In this document: piece by piece, positions 1-8,928 of the stretch | Layout of the letters: each line of letters opens with the position of its first letter | Position numbering within the stretch: the stretch's first letter is position 1 | Source of the DNA: Synechocystis sp. PCC 6803 substr. PCC-P | Lineage (GTDB): Bacteria > Cyanobacteriota > Cyanobacteriia > Cyanobacteriales > Microcystaceae | Direction: 5' to 3' | NCBI RefSeq assembly: GCF_000284455.1 | Contig: NC_017039.1 | Span: 2,850,001-2,882,000 of the forward strand | Length of the DNA: 32,000 nt | Notes under the pieces: model-generated | What the model was told of the DNA's origin: nothing | The model's input: the letters and a program-made list of their open reading frames with translations, nothing else | Databases searched by the model: none | Position numbers and translations under genes: made by a program

Positions 1-1172
1 TGAATTTGTCCTAGGGAAGACTGCATATTATATAGCATAAAATCTCGTACTTCTGGTTCTACTTCTGGCAATACTTTTTGCAATAAAACCTGGGAAACAA
101 TTCTAATGACTTCTACTAACTCATTGCGGTTATTAATATCAATATATTGGGTGGTTTTGGCTCGGTCTAAAAATTTTCGCAGGGCTCCTTCCCGCACTAA
201 TTGTTGCATTTGTTCCACCAGCCGCACCACAATTACCTCTGTCATATCTTCAGCAATGATGGCAACAAAACCCTGGGTAGCCTGCCCTTTAACTTTATTC
301 AAATCCATTAATTTAGCTTTATCTAGCCGCACGGTGAGGGGAATAATGCGCAGCCAACGGAAAAATGGTAAAAACAAAAAGAAATCATACCAACGCCACA
401 GCATGGCATCGACCCAACTGACCCCCCGGTAACGCAGGCTAATTAAACGGGTACGTCCCAGAAAGTCTATTAAGAAAATCAGGAAAAAGGGAAAATCAAT
501 TAAGGCAAAATTATCCACTGGCTGGCCATTTTCCCCAATTTCTCGGAAATAGTTAGTGGCAATCAGAGGTCTAATTTCTTGGTCAAAAAATACTAGCTGG
601 TTAGTTAGTCCGTTTTTAAGCAGGTAATCCTTAGACCAAAAGGTTTCAAAGGATTCGGTGGCAGATGCATCGGTGGAACCAAAAACATGGAGCCGCATAA
701 GATTTTTGATCCGCTCAAAAGTGCCGGTTTTATTGGCAATTTGGAAGGGATTTTCGATAATCATTTGGGCACTGTCTTGGCGTAATTCCGCGAGAATGTT
801 ATCAATTTCCTGCGCCTGTTGTACGTTGCCAGCCCCATCCAAGGCCTGTTCATCTAGTTTGCTATTTAATTCATCCACCAGTTCTAAATAGGCAGCGGTG
901 GAACGGTAAGGTTCAATGCCTTTTACCCAATCGTAGTATGGGGTAATGTTGAAAGGAAAAATCCGCACGGGCCGCTTGGGAAATACCCGCTGGAAAGGGC
1001 CGACTTTAACTGAAAGCTGCACTGTCCCCTGTAACCAAAAATCCCGCAATGGGATATAGGTCAAATCAAACAAAACTAAACTGTAATTGGCAAGCAAAAT
1101 TAGAGCCAATATACGCTCATACCAAAGAGGTACTGCTAGATGTTTTTTGGATCGGTCAAAGGGACGGGGCAT
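1..1172 (-). CDS. Uncharacterised cyanobacterial membrane protein, 3' end truncated by the window edge
   Basis: Missing from the ORF track because it has no stop inside the window. ATG on the minus strand at 1172 and open to position 1: MPRPFDRSKKHLAVPLWYERILALILLANYSLVLFDLTYIPLRDFW...FPFFLIFLIDFLGRTRLISLRYRGVSWVDAMLWRWYDFFLFLPFFRWLRIIPL...VLLQKVLPEVEPEVRDFMLYNMQSSLGQI. Hydrophobic segments are present. The track ORFs at 106..432 and 658..891 are antisense to it. Confidence 0.85.
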   Translation of the reverse strand, partial: MPRPFDRSKKHLAVPLWYERILALILLANYSLVLFDLTYIPLRDFWLQGTVQLSVKVGPFQRVFPKRPVRIFPFNITPYYDWVKGIEPYRSTAAYLELVDELNSKLDEQALDGAGNVQQAQEIDNILAELRQDSAQMIIENPFQIANKTGTFERIKNLMRLHVFGSTDASATESFETFWSKDYLLKNGLTNQLVFFDQEIRPLIATNYFREIGENGQPVDNFALIDFPFFLIFLIDFLGRTRLISLRYRGVSWVDAMLWRWYDFFLFLPFFRWLRIIPLTVRLDKAKLMDLNKVKGQATQGFVAIIAEDMTEVIVVRLVEQMQQLVREGALRKFLDRAKTTQYIDINNRNELVEVIRIVSQVLLQKVLPEVEPEVRDFMLYNMQSSLGQI

Positions 1173-1438
1173 AGTTGGAAATGGCAAAATGCTTGAATGA
1201 TGGCCGCTAACCAGACTTTAAGGTTAGCCATGGAAAGCCTCCCTGGCAGAAGTTTTGGGAGATTAGCTCGGAGTGCTCACCATTGCAGGGAAAAATAAGG
1301 TTTCAGCAATAGCCTCTAATGGCAAAGGCAAAAACAATTGGGAAACTGTTCCGTCCCAATTCTAGGCAAGAAATTCCCAATGGTAAAATCATGGGGGTAT
1401 AGATATCTTGTTTTTTAGCTAATTGCAATACTCCAACC

Positions 1439-2314
1439 ATGCGCCTGAACTTTTCCCGGACTTTGTTTTTTGCCGCCATTATGGGTGGATTTGCGTTGGC
1501 TATGGGTAAGGCCCAGCCCTTTTTTCCTAGCAATTCTGTTCAAGCCATGGAAACTTCCAAGTCCCAATCCCTTCAAGGTACTACTTGGTATATTAGCGGT
1601 TGGCCTAGCGCCCCAGTGCCAGGCAGTGCTCCGATTACTTTGCAGTTCAAGGGCGCACCGCATAGCGGATCTCTGCGAGATCGCCTGACGGGAACAGCAG
1701 GTTGCAATACTTTTAATGGTGCCTATACCAGCGGTGATGGTAACTTGACCATTAACCAAGCTCTGGCCACAACCCGTAAAGCCTGTACCGCCGAGGTGAT
1801 GGCCCAGGAACAAAGATTTTTACAACTTCTGCCCCAAGTAACGTCCTATAGCATCGGGAACGATGGGCAACTGACATTAACGTATCTAAAGGATGGGGAA
1901 CAGGGTAGCATTAGTTTCATTCCCGCCAATCAGTACAGCGCTCTCCACAACAGTCAATGGGAACTGGTGACCATGGCCGGTGTGGAACCCATTGCTAACG
2001 AAAACTCCCGAGCCATACCACAACTTCAATTCCTTGGCGATCGCCTGACCGGGACAGGGGGCTGTAATCGGTTGATGGGACAATTCACCATTGATGGGGA
2101 CAATTTGACGGTGGATGAACGCATGGCTTCCACCATGATGGCCTGCTCCGAACCTTTAATGGCCCAGGAACAGCAATTTATTCAAGCCTTAGTTAATGCC
2201 CAGAAGTATGAAATTTTGACTAGCGGAGAATTGGTGATCGACTATCTCATGGGAGAGAAAACTGAACAGTTAGTCTTTTTGCCTTTAACCGAGGAAGATT
2301 CAGCCCCAAGATAA
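1439..2314 (+). CDS. Secreted/periplasmic protein with two tandem META (HslJ/DUF306-like) domains
   Basis: N-terminal hydrophobic signal-like segment, then two copies of a motif set: 'GTAGCNTFNGAYTSGDGNLTI...ACTAEVMAQEQRFLQLL' and 'GTGGCNRLMGQFTIDGDNLTV...ACSEPLMAQEQQFIQAL'. Confidence 0.85.
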   Translation: MRLNFSRTLFFAAIMGGFALAMGKAQPFFPSNSVQAMETSKSQSLQGTTWYISGWPSAPVPGSAPITLQFKGAPHSGSLRDRLTGTAGCNTFNGAYTSGDGNLTINQALATTRKACTAEVMAQEQRFLQLLPQVTSYSIGNDGQLTLTYLKDGEQGSISFIPANQYSALHNSQWELVTMAGVEPIANENSRAIPQLQFLGDRLTGTGGCNRLMGQFTIDGDNLTVDERMASTMMACSEPLMAQEQQFIQALVNAQKYEILTSGELVIDYLMGEKTEQLVFLPLTEEDSAPR

Positions 2315-2403
2315 TAATTCCCAACGAAGGCAAGCTATAGACAAAGCATGGGACAGAGGGGAAAAGCTCTCCTCCGGTTCACCGCCGTTGGGGAATGGAG
2401 GCG

Positions 2404-2514
2404 TCAATCCATGTGGAACGCGAACCACACTGACCAGACTAGAATTCCAACAAAGAGAACTGTTCCCAACACAAAGGCGGCATTATGGAGGCTGTTGGTG
2501 TCGATGAGCGTCAT
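2404..2514 (-). CDS. Candidate 36-aa single-transmembrane small protein (not in ORF track)
   Basis: Minus-strand ATG at 2514 and TGA at 2406-2404. Translation MTLIDTNSLHNAAFVLGTVLFVGILVWSVWFAFHMD, with a continuous hydrophobic helix. No clear Shine-Dalgarno. Confidence 0.4.
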   Translation of the reverse strand: MTLIDTNSLHNAAFVLGTVLFVGILVWSVWFAFHMD

Positions 2515-2743
2515 ACAATCAAGGAGGTGTTAGGGTTTAGGGCCTTTGGCGCCGATTAAATCCGTTAACCTTCAACCATGGGGGCAAAGCAACAAGCCCT
2601 CCAAGTTTAGCCCCTGTTTGCCCAGGAATATTAACTTGGCAGAGGAACAGTCACAATTTTTGACAATTGCACCGTCAGAAGGAGTTAATTTAGCTTGATT
2701 GCTGATTAATCCCACCATTTCATCGCAAAATCCCATCACCGCC

Positions 2744-3958
2744 ATGAATCCCTCCAATGCCCAACTTACCGCTCGTCGTTACCGAGCCGGTGATCCCATT
2801 TTCAGTGAAGGAGATCAAGGTAATTTTGCCTATATTATCGAGGAAGGGCAGGTGGAAATCTGGACAGAACTCAATGGCGATCGCCGGGTGCTGAATGTGC
2901 TCCAACCGGGCAGTTTATTTGGGGAATTGGCCCTGGTGGATGCCAAACCTCGTTCCGCTTCCGCTTCCGCCCTCACGGATTGCATTCTTTCCCTGGTTAC
3001 TCCCGATCAAGTTAACCAACGCATCGACACGGCCGACCCGATTTTGCGCCTACTATTGTTGGTGGTAATCGGCCATTTTCGTTCTGAAAGCAATAATTTT
3101 CGTGGCACCACTGAGCCAGCTTTGGTCCTAGATGCGGCCCTAACTAAAACTAAACTTTCCCTCAAAGAACGCATCACCGATGCAGTGGACATGATCCGTT
3201 TAGAGGGGGAAATGAAAGAGGCGATCGCCAAAGAGCAATTCCATTTGGTGTACCAGCCCATTGTCTTCATGGACGACCTCCGCATCGAAGGATTTGAAGC
3301 TCTAATCCGTTGGCAAAGTCCTAAGCGGGGCTTTGTCCGCCCTGATCGTTTTATCGAAGTGGCGGAGGCAACAGACCTAATCATTCCCATCGGTCAATGG
3401 GTAATTGAACAAGGATTAAAAGATTTAAAAACTTTCCAGACAAAATTTAACCCCCATTTGTTGATGAGTTTTAATATTGTTGGTCGGCAAACCAACAGTG
3501 AAGATTTTGTTCCCTGGCTACTAGAAAAAGTAGACCACTATGGGTTAACCCCCGATAAGGTAAAACTGGAAATCATCGAGCGTACCCTTTTTAGCGGTGA
3601 AAGTTCCGCCCCCTGGATTGAAAACTGTCGTTCCCAAGGCTTTGCGTTAGTGTTGGACGATTTTGGTACGGGTTATTCTAGCTTGCAATATCTGAATGAG
3701 TACAAAATTGACCGGGTAAAAATTGATAAATCCTTTGTGGATGGCTTGGGCACCAATCAAAACAGTGAAAGTATTTGCTCTGCCATTTTGCAACTCTCCC
3801 ACGCCCTGGGCATGACAGTGGTGGCGGAAGGCATTGAAACCCAAGCACAATTGGAGATTTTGCAATCCCTCGGTTGTGACTATGGTCAAGGTTATCTATT
3901 TTCTCGACCTCTACGCTTTGACCAAGTAATGGTCTTGGATCAAGATGCTTTCCGTTAG
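2744..3958 (+). CDS. Cyclic-nucleotide-binding (CRP-like) domain fused to an EAL domain; putative c-di-GMP phosphodiesterase
   Basis: N-terminal 'GDPIFSEGDQGNFAYIIEEGQVEIW...PGSLFGELALVDAKPRSASASA' followed by EAL motifs 'EALIRW', 'LKLEIIERTLF', '[13 protein letters not shown]', 'VKIDKSFVDGL', 'VAEGIETQAQL' and 'GCDYGQGYLFSRP'. ATG at 2744 is preferred over the track start at 2699. Confidence 0.9.
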   Translation: MNPSNAQLTARRYRAGDPIFSEGDQGNFAYIIEEGQVEIWTELNGDRRVLNVLQPGSLFGELALVDAKPRSASASALTDCILSLVTPDQVNQRIDTADPILRLLLLVVIGHFRSESNNFRGTTEPALVLDAALTKTKLSLKERITDAVDMIRLEGEMKEAIAKEQFHLVYQPIVFMDDLRIEGFEALIRWQSPKRGFVRPDRFIEVAEATDLIIPIGQWVIEQGLKDLKTFQTKFNPHLLMSFNIVGRQTNSEDFVPWLLEKVDHYGLTPDKVKLEIIERTLFSGESSAPWIENCRSQGFALVLDDFGTGYSSLQYLNEYKIDRVKIDKSFVDGLGTNQNSESICSAILQLSHALGMTVVAEGIETQAQLEILQSLGCDYGQGYLFSRPLRFDQVMVLDQDAFR

Positions 3959-3987
3959 GGGAAAATATCCTTCAAATTTGCCCCGGT

Positions 3988-5244
3988 TCAAGATTTTCCC
4001 AGTTCTTGAGCATAGGCTAAAGCTTCCTGCTCATTACTAATTTTTCCTTCGATGTGGGCAATGTTGATTTCCGTTAGCAGTTGGCCGATCAAAGGACTAG
4101 GTTTAATGTGCAACTTGTCGATTAAATCCTTGCCGGTAATTAAGGGTTGGGGATGGGCTAGGCGATCGCCCGAATTCAGATAATGAGTCAACAGTTCAAA
4201 GATAAAACTGTGGTAATTATGGGGACAGTGGGCCAGGGCATAGAGGACAAAATGGGGTAGATATTTACCCAACTCGACAAAGAAAAAGTACAGTTGTCGC
4301 ACCGTGGGGCTATTTTCTAAACAACTTAACTGGGGATAGCCCTGCAAAATTGCCTGCACAGAGCGCAGTTCGTGGCGGGAATATTTCAACCGTTGTAATT
4401 CCCCTTCGGCGATTTTCACGTCGGCACAGACTAGGCTGGCCAACTTAGCAATGGCAATGCCCTTTTTCCCCAATGCTTGAAAAAATTGTTGACGTTCCAC
4501 CAGGGTTAACTGGTTTTTGATGGCGGCGATCGCCAAATCGATGCAACCAATGGCATTGAGGGAACTGAGGTTAGCATGGGAGAACCAGTGAGCTAATATA
4601 CCATCTTGCCAAGCGGCCAAAAGCCACTGACTACCCCGGGGGCTGCCCAGCAAATAGTTAAATTCCGCTTGCACCCGTTCTGCGGCCACCGTTTTAATGC
4701 GGGGAGCTAATTCCCGTAAAACTGTTCTTGTGTCAGGATCGAGGGTGAATTGTAGCTGGGCCGCCTGACGGTAAGCCCGTAGTAGCCGCAAAGGATCATC
4801 AGCCAGGTTTACGGCCGCCACCATTTTCAGTTGACCCCGTTGCAAATCCCCCACCCCCGCCATGGGGTCAATTAATTTGTTTTGCTGGAAGTTATAGGCG
4901 ATGGCGTTAACGGTGAAATCCCGCCGGGCCAGATCCTGTTCCAAGCTCATGCCCTCCTGTTGGGCAAAATCCACTGTGCCATGGGCAAATACCACCCTGG
5001 CAATGTGTCGAGCCTTATCCAACACCACAAATCCCGCCCGGTATCGACTGGCGATCGCCGAAGCCGTTTCAATGGCTCCACTAGGCACGACAAAATCCCA
5101 ATCCAAATATTCCCGTCGTCTCCCCAAAAGGGCATCCCGCACTGCACCACCGACCAAACAGGCTTGGGGAGGAAGTAGAGCCAGATCAAAGGGAACCTGT
5201 TGACGTAAATCAGCCAGGTGGCTCACAGGACAAAGCATAATCAA
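3988..5244 (-). CDS. tRNA nucleotidyltransferase / poly(A) polymerase family protein (CCA-, CC- or A-adding)
   Basis: Nucleotidyltransferase signature 'CLVGGAVRDALLGRRREYLDWDFVV' and 'RRDFTVNAIAYN...LIDPMAGVGDL...DPLRLLRAYRQAAQL'. Confidence 0.9.
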   Translation of the reverse strand: MIMLCPVSHLADLRQQVPFDLALLPPQACLVGGAVRDALLGRRREYLDWDFVVPSGAIETASAIASRYRAGFVVLDKARHIARVVFAHGTVDFAQQEGMSLEQDLARRDFTVNAIAYNFQQNKLIDPMAGVGDLQRGQLKMVAAVNLADDPLRLLRAYRQAAQLQFTLDPDTRTVLRELAPRIKTVAAERVQAEFNYLLGSPRGSQWLLAAWQDGILAHWFSHANLSSLNAIGCIDLAIAAIKNQLTLVERQQFFQALGKKGIAIAKLASLVCADVKIAEGELQRLKYSRHELRSVQAILQGYPQLSCLENSPTVRQLYFFFVELGKYLPHFVLYALAHCPHNYHSFIFELLTHYLNSGDRLAHPQPLITGKDLIDKLHIKPSPLIGQLLTEINIAHIEGKISNEQEALAYAQELGKS

Positions 5245-5334
5245 TAACCGTTACCCCAGCACAGTTTGCAGTTTAGGCACAATCTCTAAGTCTAAGCTAG
5301 AGTAGCGAAAAATAGGCAAAAATTGAGGTTTACC

Positions 5335-5583
5335 ATGTGTATTTGTGTGAACTGCCATTACGTGGACCGCTGTATCACCTACCATGCAGTGGAACATCAA
5401 CATCAACAACCCCATTTGAGCGATCGCCCGGATTTTGATCCGGTCAACCCTTCTATCAACGTAAATATTCGTACCCCCGACCATGGCATCGAAATGGAAT
5501 GGGATGTGGTGGGTTGCGACAGTTTTTTACAAGAAATGGGCAAATGGAGCCGTTTACGCCCCAATGAATTAGTCCCCACCTAG
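5335..5583 (+). CDS. ycf34: Ycf34 protein (iron-sulfur binding)
   Basis: MCICVNCHYVDRCITYHAVEHQHQQPHLSDRPDFDPVNPSINVNI...EMEWDVVGCDSFLQEMGKWSRLRPNELVPT is the characteristic Ycf34 sequence. ATG at 5335 is preferred over TTG at 5323. Confidence 0.9.
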   Translation: MCICVNCHYVDRCITYHAVEHQHQQPHLSDRPDFDPVNPSINVNIRTPDHGIEMEWDVVGCDSFLQEMGKWSRLRPNELVPT

Positions 5584-5701
5584 CTTTTTTTGGCCAAAAC
5601 TAGTTTCCCCTGACAGCGAAACGCGGCAAAAATAACGCTCCGTGCAACAATGAACGCGGTATCAATAACATATAGGCAACTTCGTTAACCAAGGTTTCAA
5701 G

Positions 5702-7747
5702 ATGGAATTACTCTATCAATTAGCCTGGCTAATTCCCGTCCTGCCCCTATTTGGCGCAACGGTAGTTGGCATTGGCCTCATTTCTTTCAATCAAGCAACC
5801 AATAAACTACGGCAAATCAACGCTGTTTTCATCATTTCCTGTTTGGGGGCTGCATTGGTAATGTCTGGGGCTTTGCTCTGGGATCAAATCCAAGGCCATG
5901 CCAGCTATGCCCAAATGATCGAATGGGCATCGGCGGGGAGTTTCCATTTGGAAATGGGTTATGTGATCGATCACCTCAGTGCTTTGATGCTGGTGATTGT
6001 AACCTCCGTGGCCCTGTTGGTGATGATCTACACCGATGGCTACATGGCCCACGATCCGGGTTATGTGCGTTTCTATGCCTATCTCAGTCTTTTTGCTTCC
6101 TCCATGCTGGGGTTGGTAATTAGCCCCAATTTGGTGCAGGTTTATATCTTTTGGGAATTGGTGGGGATGTGTTCCTACCTGCTGATCGGTTTTTGGTATG
6201 ACCGTAAAGCCGCTGCCGATGCTTGCCAAAAGGCCTTTGTCACCAACCGGGTGGGGGATTTTGGCTTATTACTAGGTATCCTTGGCCTTTATTGGGCCAC
6301 TGGCAGTTTTGATTTCGGGACCATTGGGGAACGCCTGGAGGGTTTAGTATCCTCCGGAGTCCTCAGCGGGGCGATCGCCGCCATTCTGGCCATTTTGGTT
6401 TTCCTTGGTCCTGTGGCCAAATCGGCCCAATTTCCCCTCCATGTCTGGCTACCGGACGCCATGGAAGGTCCCACCCCCATTTCTGCTTTGATCCATGCAG
6501 CTACCATGGTGGCGGCGGGGGTATTCCTGGTCGCCCGGATGTATCCGGTGTTTGAACCGATTCCAGTGGTGATGAATACCATTGCCTTCACCGGTTGCTT
6601 CACTGCCTTTTTGGGGGCCACCATTGCTTTAACCCAAAATGACATTAAAAAAGGTTTGGCTTACTCCACCATTTCCCAGTTGGGCTATATGGTGATGGCC
6701 ATGGGCATTGGGGCCTATTCCGCTGGGCTATTTCACCTGATGACCCACGCCTATTTCAAAGCCATGCTGTTCCTCTGTTCCGGCTCCGTGATCCACGGTA
6801 TGGAAGGGGTGGTGGGCCACGACCCAATCCTGGCCCAAGATATGCGCATTATGGGCGGATTGCGGAAATATATGCCCATCACGGCCACCTGTTTCCTGAT
6901 TGGAACTTTAGCTATTTGCGGTATTCCCCCCTTTGCGGGCTTCTGGTCTAAGGACGAAATTCTCGGCCTCGCTTTTCAGGCCAATCCCCTACTCTGGTTT
7001 GTGGGTTGGGCCACCGCCGGTATGACTGCTTTTTACATGTTCCGGATGTATTTCATGACCTTTGAAGGGGGTTTTCGGGGCAATGACCAGGAAGCGAAAG
7101 ACGGGGTTTTACAGTTCTACGGTTTACTGCCCAACTTTGGCCCAGGAGCCATGAACGTGAAGGAATTGGACCATGAAGCCGGGCACGACGACCATGGCCA
7201 CAGCAGTGAACCCCATGAATCCCCTTTGACCATGACGTTTCCCCTCATGGCCCTAGCCGTGCCTTCGGTGTTAATTGGTCTGTTGGGACGGCCCTGGGCC
7301 AACCAGTTTGAAGCGTTTATCCATGCGCCGGGGGAAGTGGTGGAACACGCCGCTGAATTTGAATGGGGCGAGTTTTACGTCATGGCTGGAAATTCCATCG
7401 GCATTGCTTTAATTGGCATTACCGTGGCTTCCTTAATGTATTGGCAACACAAATTTGACCCCAAAGTGTTGGCAGAAAAGTTTCCATCCTTGTACCAACT
7501 GTCCTTGAACAAATGGTACTTTGACGACCTTTACGACAAGCTGTTTGTCCAGGGTTCCCGTCGAGTGGCCCGTCAGATTATGGAAGTGGACTACAAGGTC
7601 ATTGACGGAGCGGTCAACCTCACTGGTTTAGTCACCCTAGTCAGTGGGGAAGGTTTGAAATATCTAGAAAATGGCCGGGCCCAATTCTACGCCCTCATTG
7701 TGTTTGGGGCGGTGTTAGGCTTTGTAATTGTTTTTAGCCTCACCTAG
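5702..7747 (+). CDS. ndhF: NAD(P)H-quinone oxidoreductase subunit 5 (NdhF1)
   Basis: 681 aa. Multi-pass protein with the Nqo12/NuoL/NdhF core 'YLLIGFWYDRKAAADACQKAFVTNRVGDFGLLLG...VFLGPVAKSAQFPLHVWLPDAMEGPTPISALIHAATMVAAGVFLVARMYPVF'. Confidence 0.97.
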   Translation: MELLYQLAWLIPVLPLFGATVVGIGLISFNQATNKLRQINAVFIISCLGAALVMSGALLWDQIQGHASYAQMIEWASAGSFHLEMGYVIDHLSALMLVIVTSVALLVMIYTDGYMAHDPGYVRFYAYLSLFASSMLGLVISPNLVQVYIFWELVGMCSYLLIGFWYDRKAAADACQKAFVTNRVGDFGLLLGILGLYWATGSFDFGTIGERLEGLVSSGVLSGAIAAILAILVFLGPVAKSAQFPLHVWLPDAMEGPTPISALIHAATMVAAGVFLVARMYPVFEPIPVVMNTIAFTGCFTAFLGATIALTQNDIKKGLAYSTISQLGYMVMAMGIGAYSAGLFHLMTHAYFKAMLFLCSGSVIHGMEGVVGHDPILAQDMRIMGGLRKYMPITATCFLIGTLAICGIPPFAGFWSKDEILGLAFQANPLLWFVGWATAGMTAFYMFRMYFMTFEGGFRGNDQEAKDGVLQFYGLLPNFGPGAMNVKELDHEAGHDDHGHSSEPHESPLTMTFPLMALAVPSVLIGLLGRPWANQFEAFIHAPGEVVEHAAEFEWGEFYVMAGNSIGIALIGITVASLMYWQHKFDPKVLAEKFPSLYQLSLNKWYFDDLYDKLFVQGSRRVARQIMEVDYKVIDGAVNLTGLVTLVSGEGLKYLENGRAQFYALIVFGAVLGFVIVFSLT

Positions 7748-7898
7748 GTTGGGAGAACTAGTTAATTGGCATAGTTAATTAGCATTGTCTCCCCCCAAAA
7801 AGGGGCTAAGCTTTCCAGCCAAACCCGGTAAATATTTTTTTTATGACCATTTGGTTACTCTGCCAGATGGTTTTTTATTGTTTCAAAGTCAGACAAAA

Positions 7899-8117
7899 TT
7901 AATAACTATCTTCCCCTTGGACGGTTTTGAGCACTAAACGCTGATTGGCCTGCATCAACAGGTCGGCGATCGCCGTTTTGAATCTTAGAGCGACGGAGGA
8001 ATTGGCCAAGAAAGCCTGGGCTTGTTCCCGGTATTCTGCCCCCTGTAACGTTTCTGCTTGGTCTAGGGTTTCCAAAGCTTGGCAGAGGTCATTAATCTGG
8101 GCGGTGTGGTCAGACAT
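7899..8117 (-). CDS. Small hypothetical protein, 72 aa
   Basis: ATG start and regular composition (MSDHTAQINDLCQALETLDQAETLQGAEYREQAQAFLANSS...). It occupies an otherwise empty interval and the opposite-strand ORF is less protein-like. Confidence 0.6.
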   Translation of the reverse strand: MSDHTAQINDLCQALETLDQAETLQGAEYREQAQAFLANSSVALRFKTAIADLLMQANQRLVLKTVQGEDSY

Positions 8118-8327
8118 GGTCTTATTTCTCCAATGCTGTTTCCGCCATGGTAACCCAGCTAACTAAAAACAGAACCTTGCTTCATGAAACTTTTGCCTTG
8201 TTGCCGTTGCCACTTCCCCCATTGCAAAGCTAAGCAAAAAATAGTTTTCGTTGCTACCGAACAAGGCGAGAACTAGCCATCGTTAAAATGGGGTAAGCCG
8301 AGATTCTAACCAGGAGGTGTTGATTCC

Positions 8328-8900
8328 GTGTCCGGTAAAAAAAATGATTACGATGCTCTCTTAGCAGATTTCACCGATCGGGAAGGGGCGATCGCCCTAC
8401 TGCGCCAACATCGACCCTACCTAGAAAAGCTACCCAGTTTGCGGCGGCCAGAACGAAGCATTATCACCATCCCCCTGCCCATTGTCCGTTTGCGCCATCT
8501 TCCCCTCAACGATGCTGACCAAGGGGGCCGACAAACCACTCCCTTGGCCAAGGTAATTCCCTGTGACCTGGCAATTTTGATGTGTGACCCAGAATGGCAG
8601 GTGAAATTAGGCTCGGAAATTTTGGTCTTTATCCACCGCCCAGAGGAAAACTTTTCTGATCTACTCAGTCGTTGGCGTCGGAGTCAAATTTATCTGGACC
8701 AAGACTATGAATGGTTGATGCCCCCCCAGGAAAAACATATGTTTAGTGAAGCGGCGGAGGAAATCTGTCCCCTATTCATTATTTTTGAGCAAACTCCCCA
8801 CCATATCCAAAAGGGTCTGGCCGGAGCCGGGTTGCCCTTTGTGCTCCACAGTGAAGGCAATTTAACAATGGCGGAAACCCTAGAACTAATTTCTGAATAA
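8328..8900 (+). CDS. Hypothetical protein, 190 aa
   Basis: GTG start preceded by a strong Shine-Dalgarno (ccAGGAGGtg, about 8312-8318). Good codon usage, with no family recognised. Confidence 0.8.
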   Translation: MSGKKNDYDALLADFTDREGAIALLRQHRPYLEKLPSLRRPERSIITIPLPIVRLRHLPLNDADQGGRQTTPLAKVIPCDLAILMCDPEWQVKLGSEILVFIHRPEENFSDLLSRWRRSQIYLDQDYEWLMPPQEKHMFSEAAEEICPLFIIFEQTPHHIQKGLAGAGLPFVLHSEGNLTMAETLELISE

Positions 8901-8928
8901 TGGTTTAAGTAAACTTAAATTTAGGAAT

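Noticed and set aside
106-891. Track ORFs 106..432 and 658..891 (+)
   Set aside because: Antisense to the clear membrane-protein frame running from 1172 to position 1, and their translations look like random sequence.
5251-5484. Track ORF 5251..5484 (-)
   Set aside because: Antisense to ycf34, which is recognisable by sequence.
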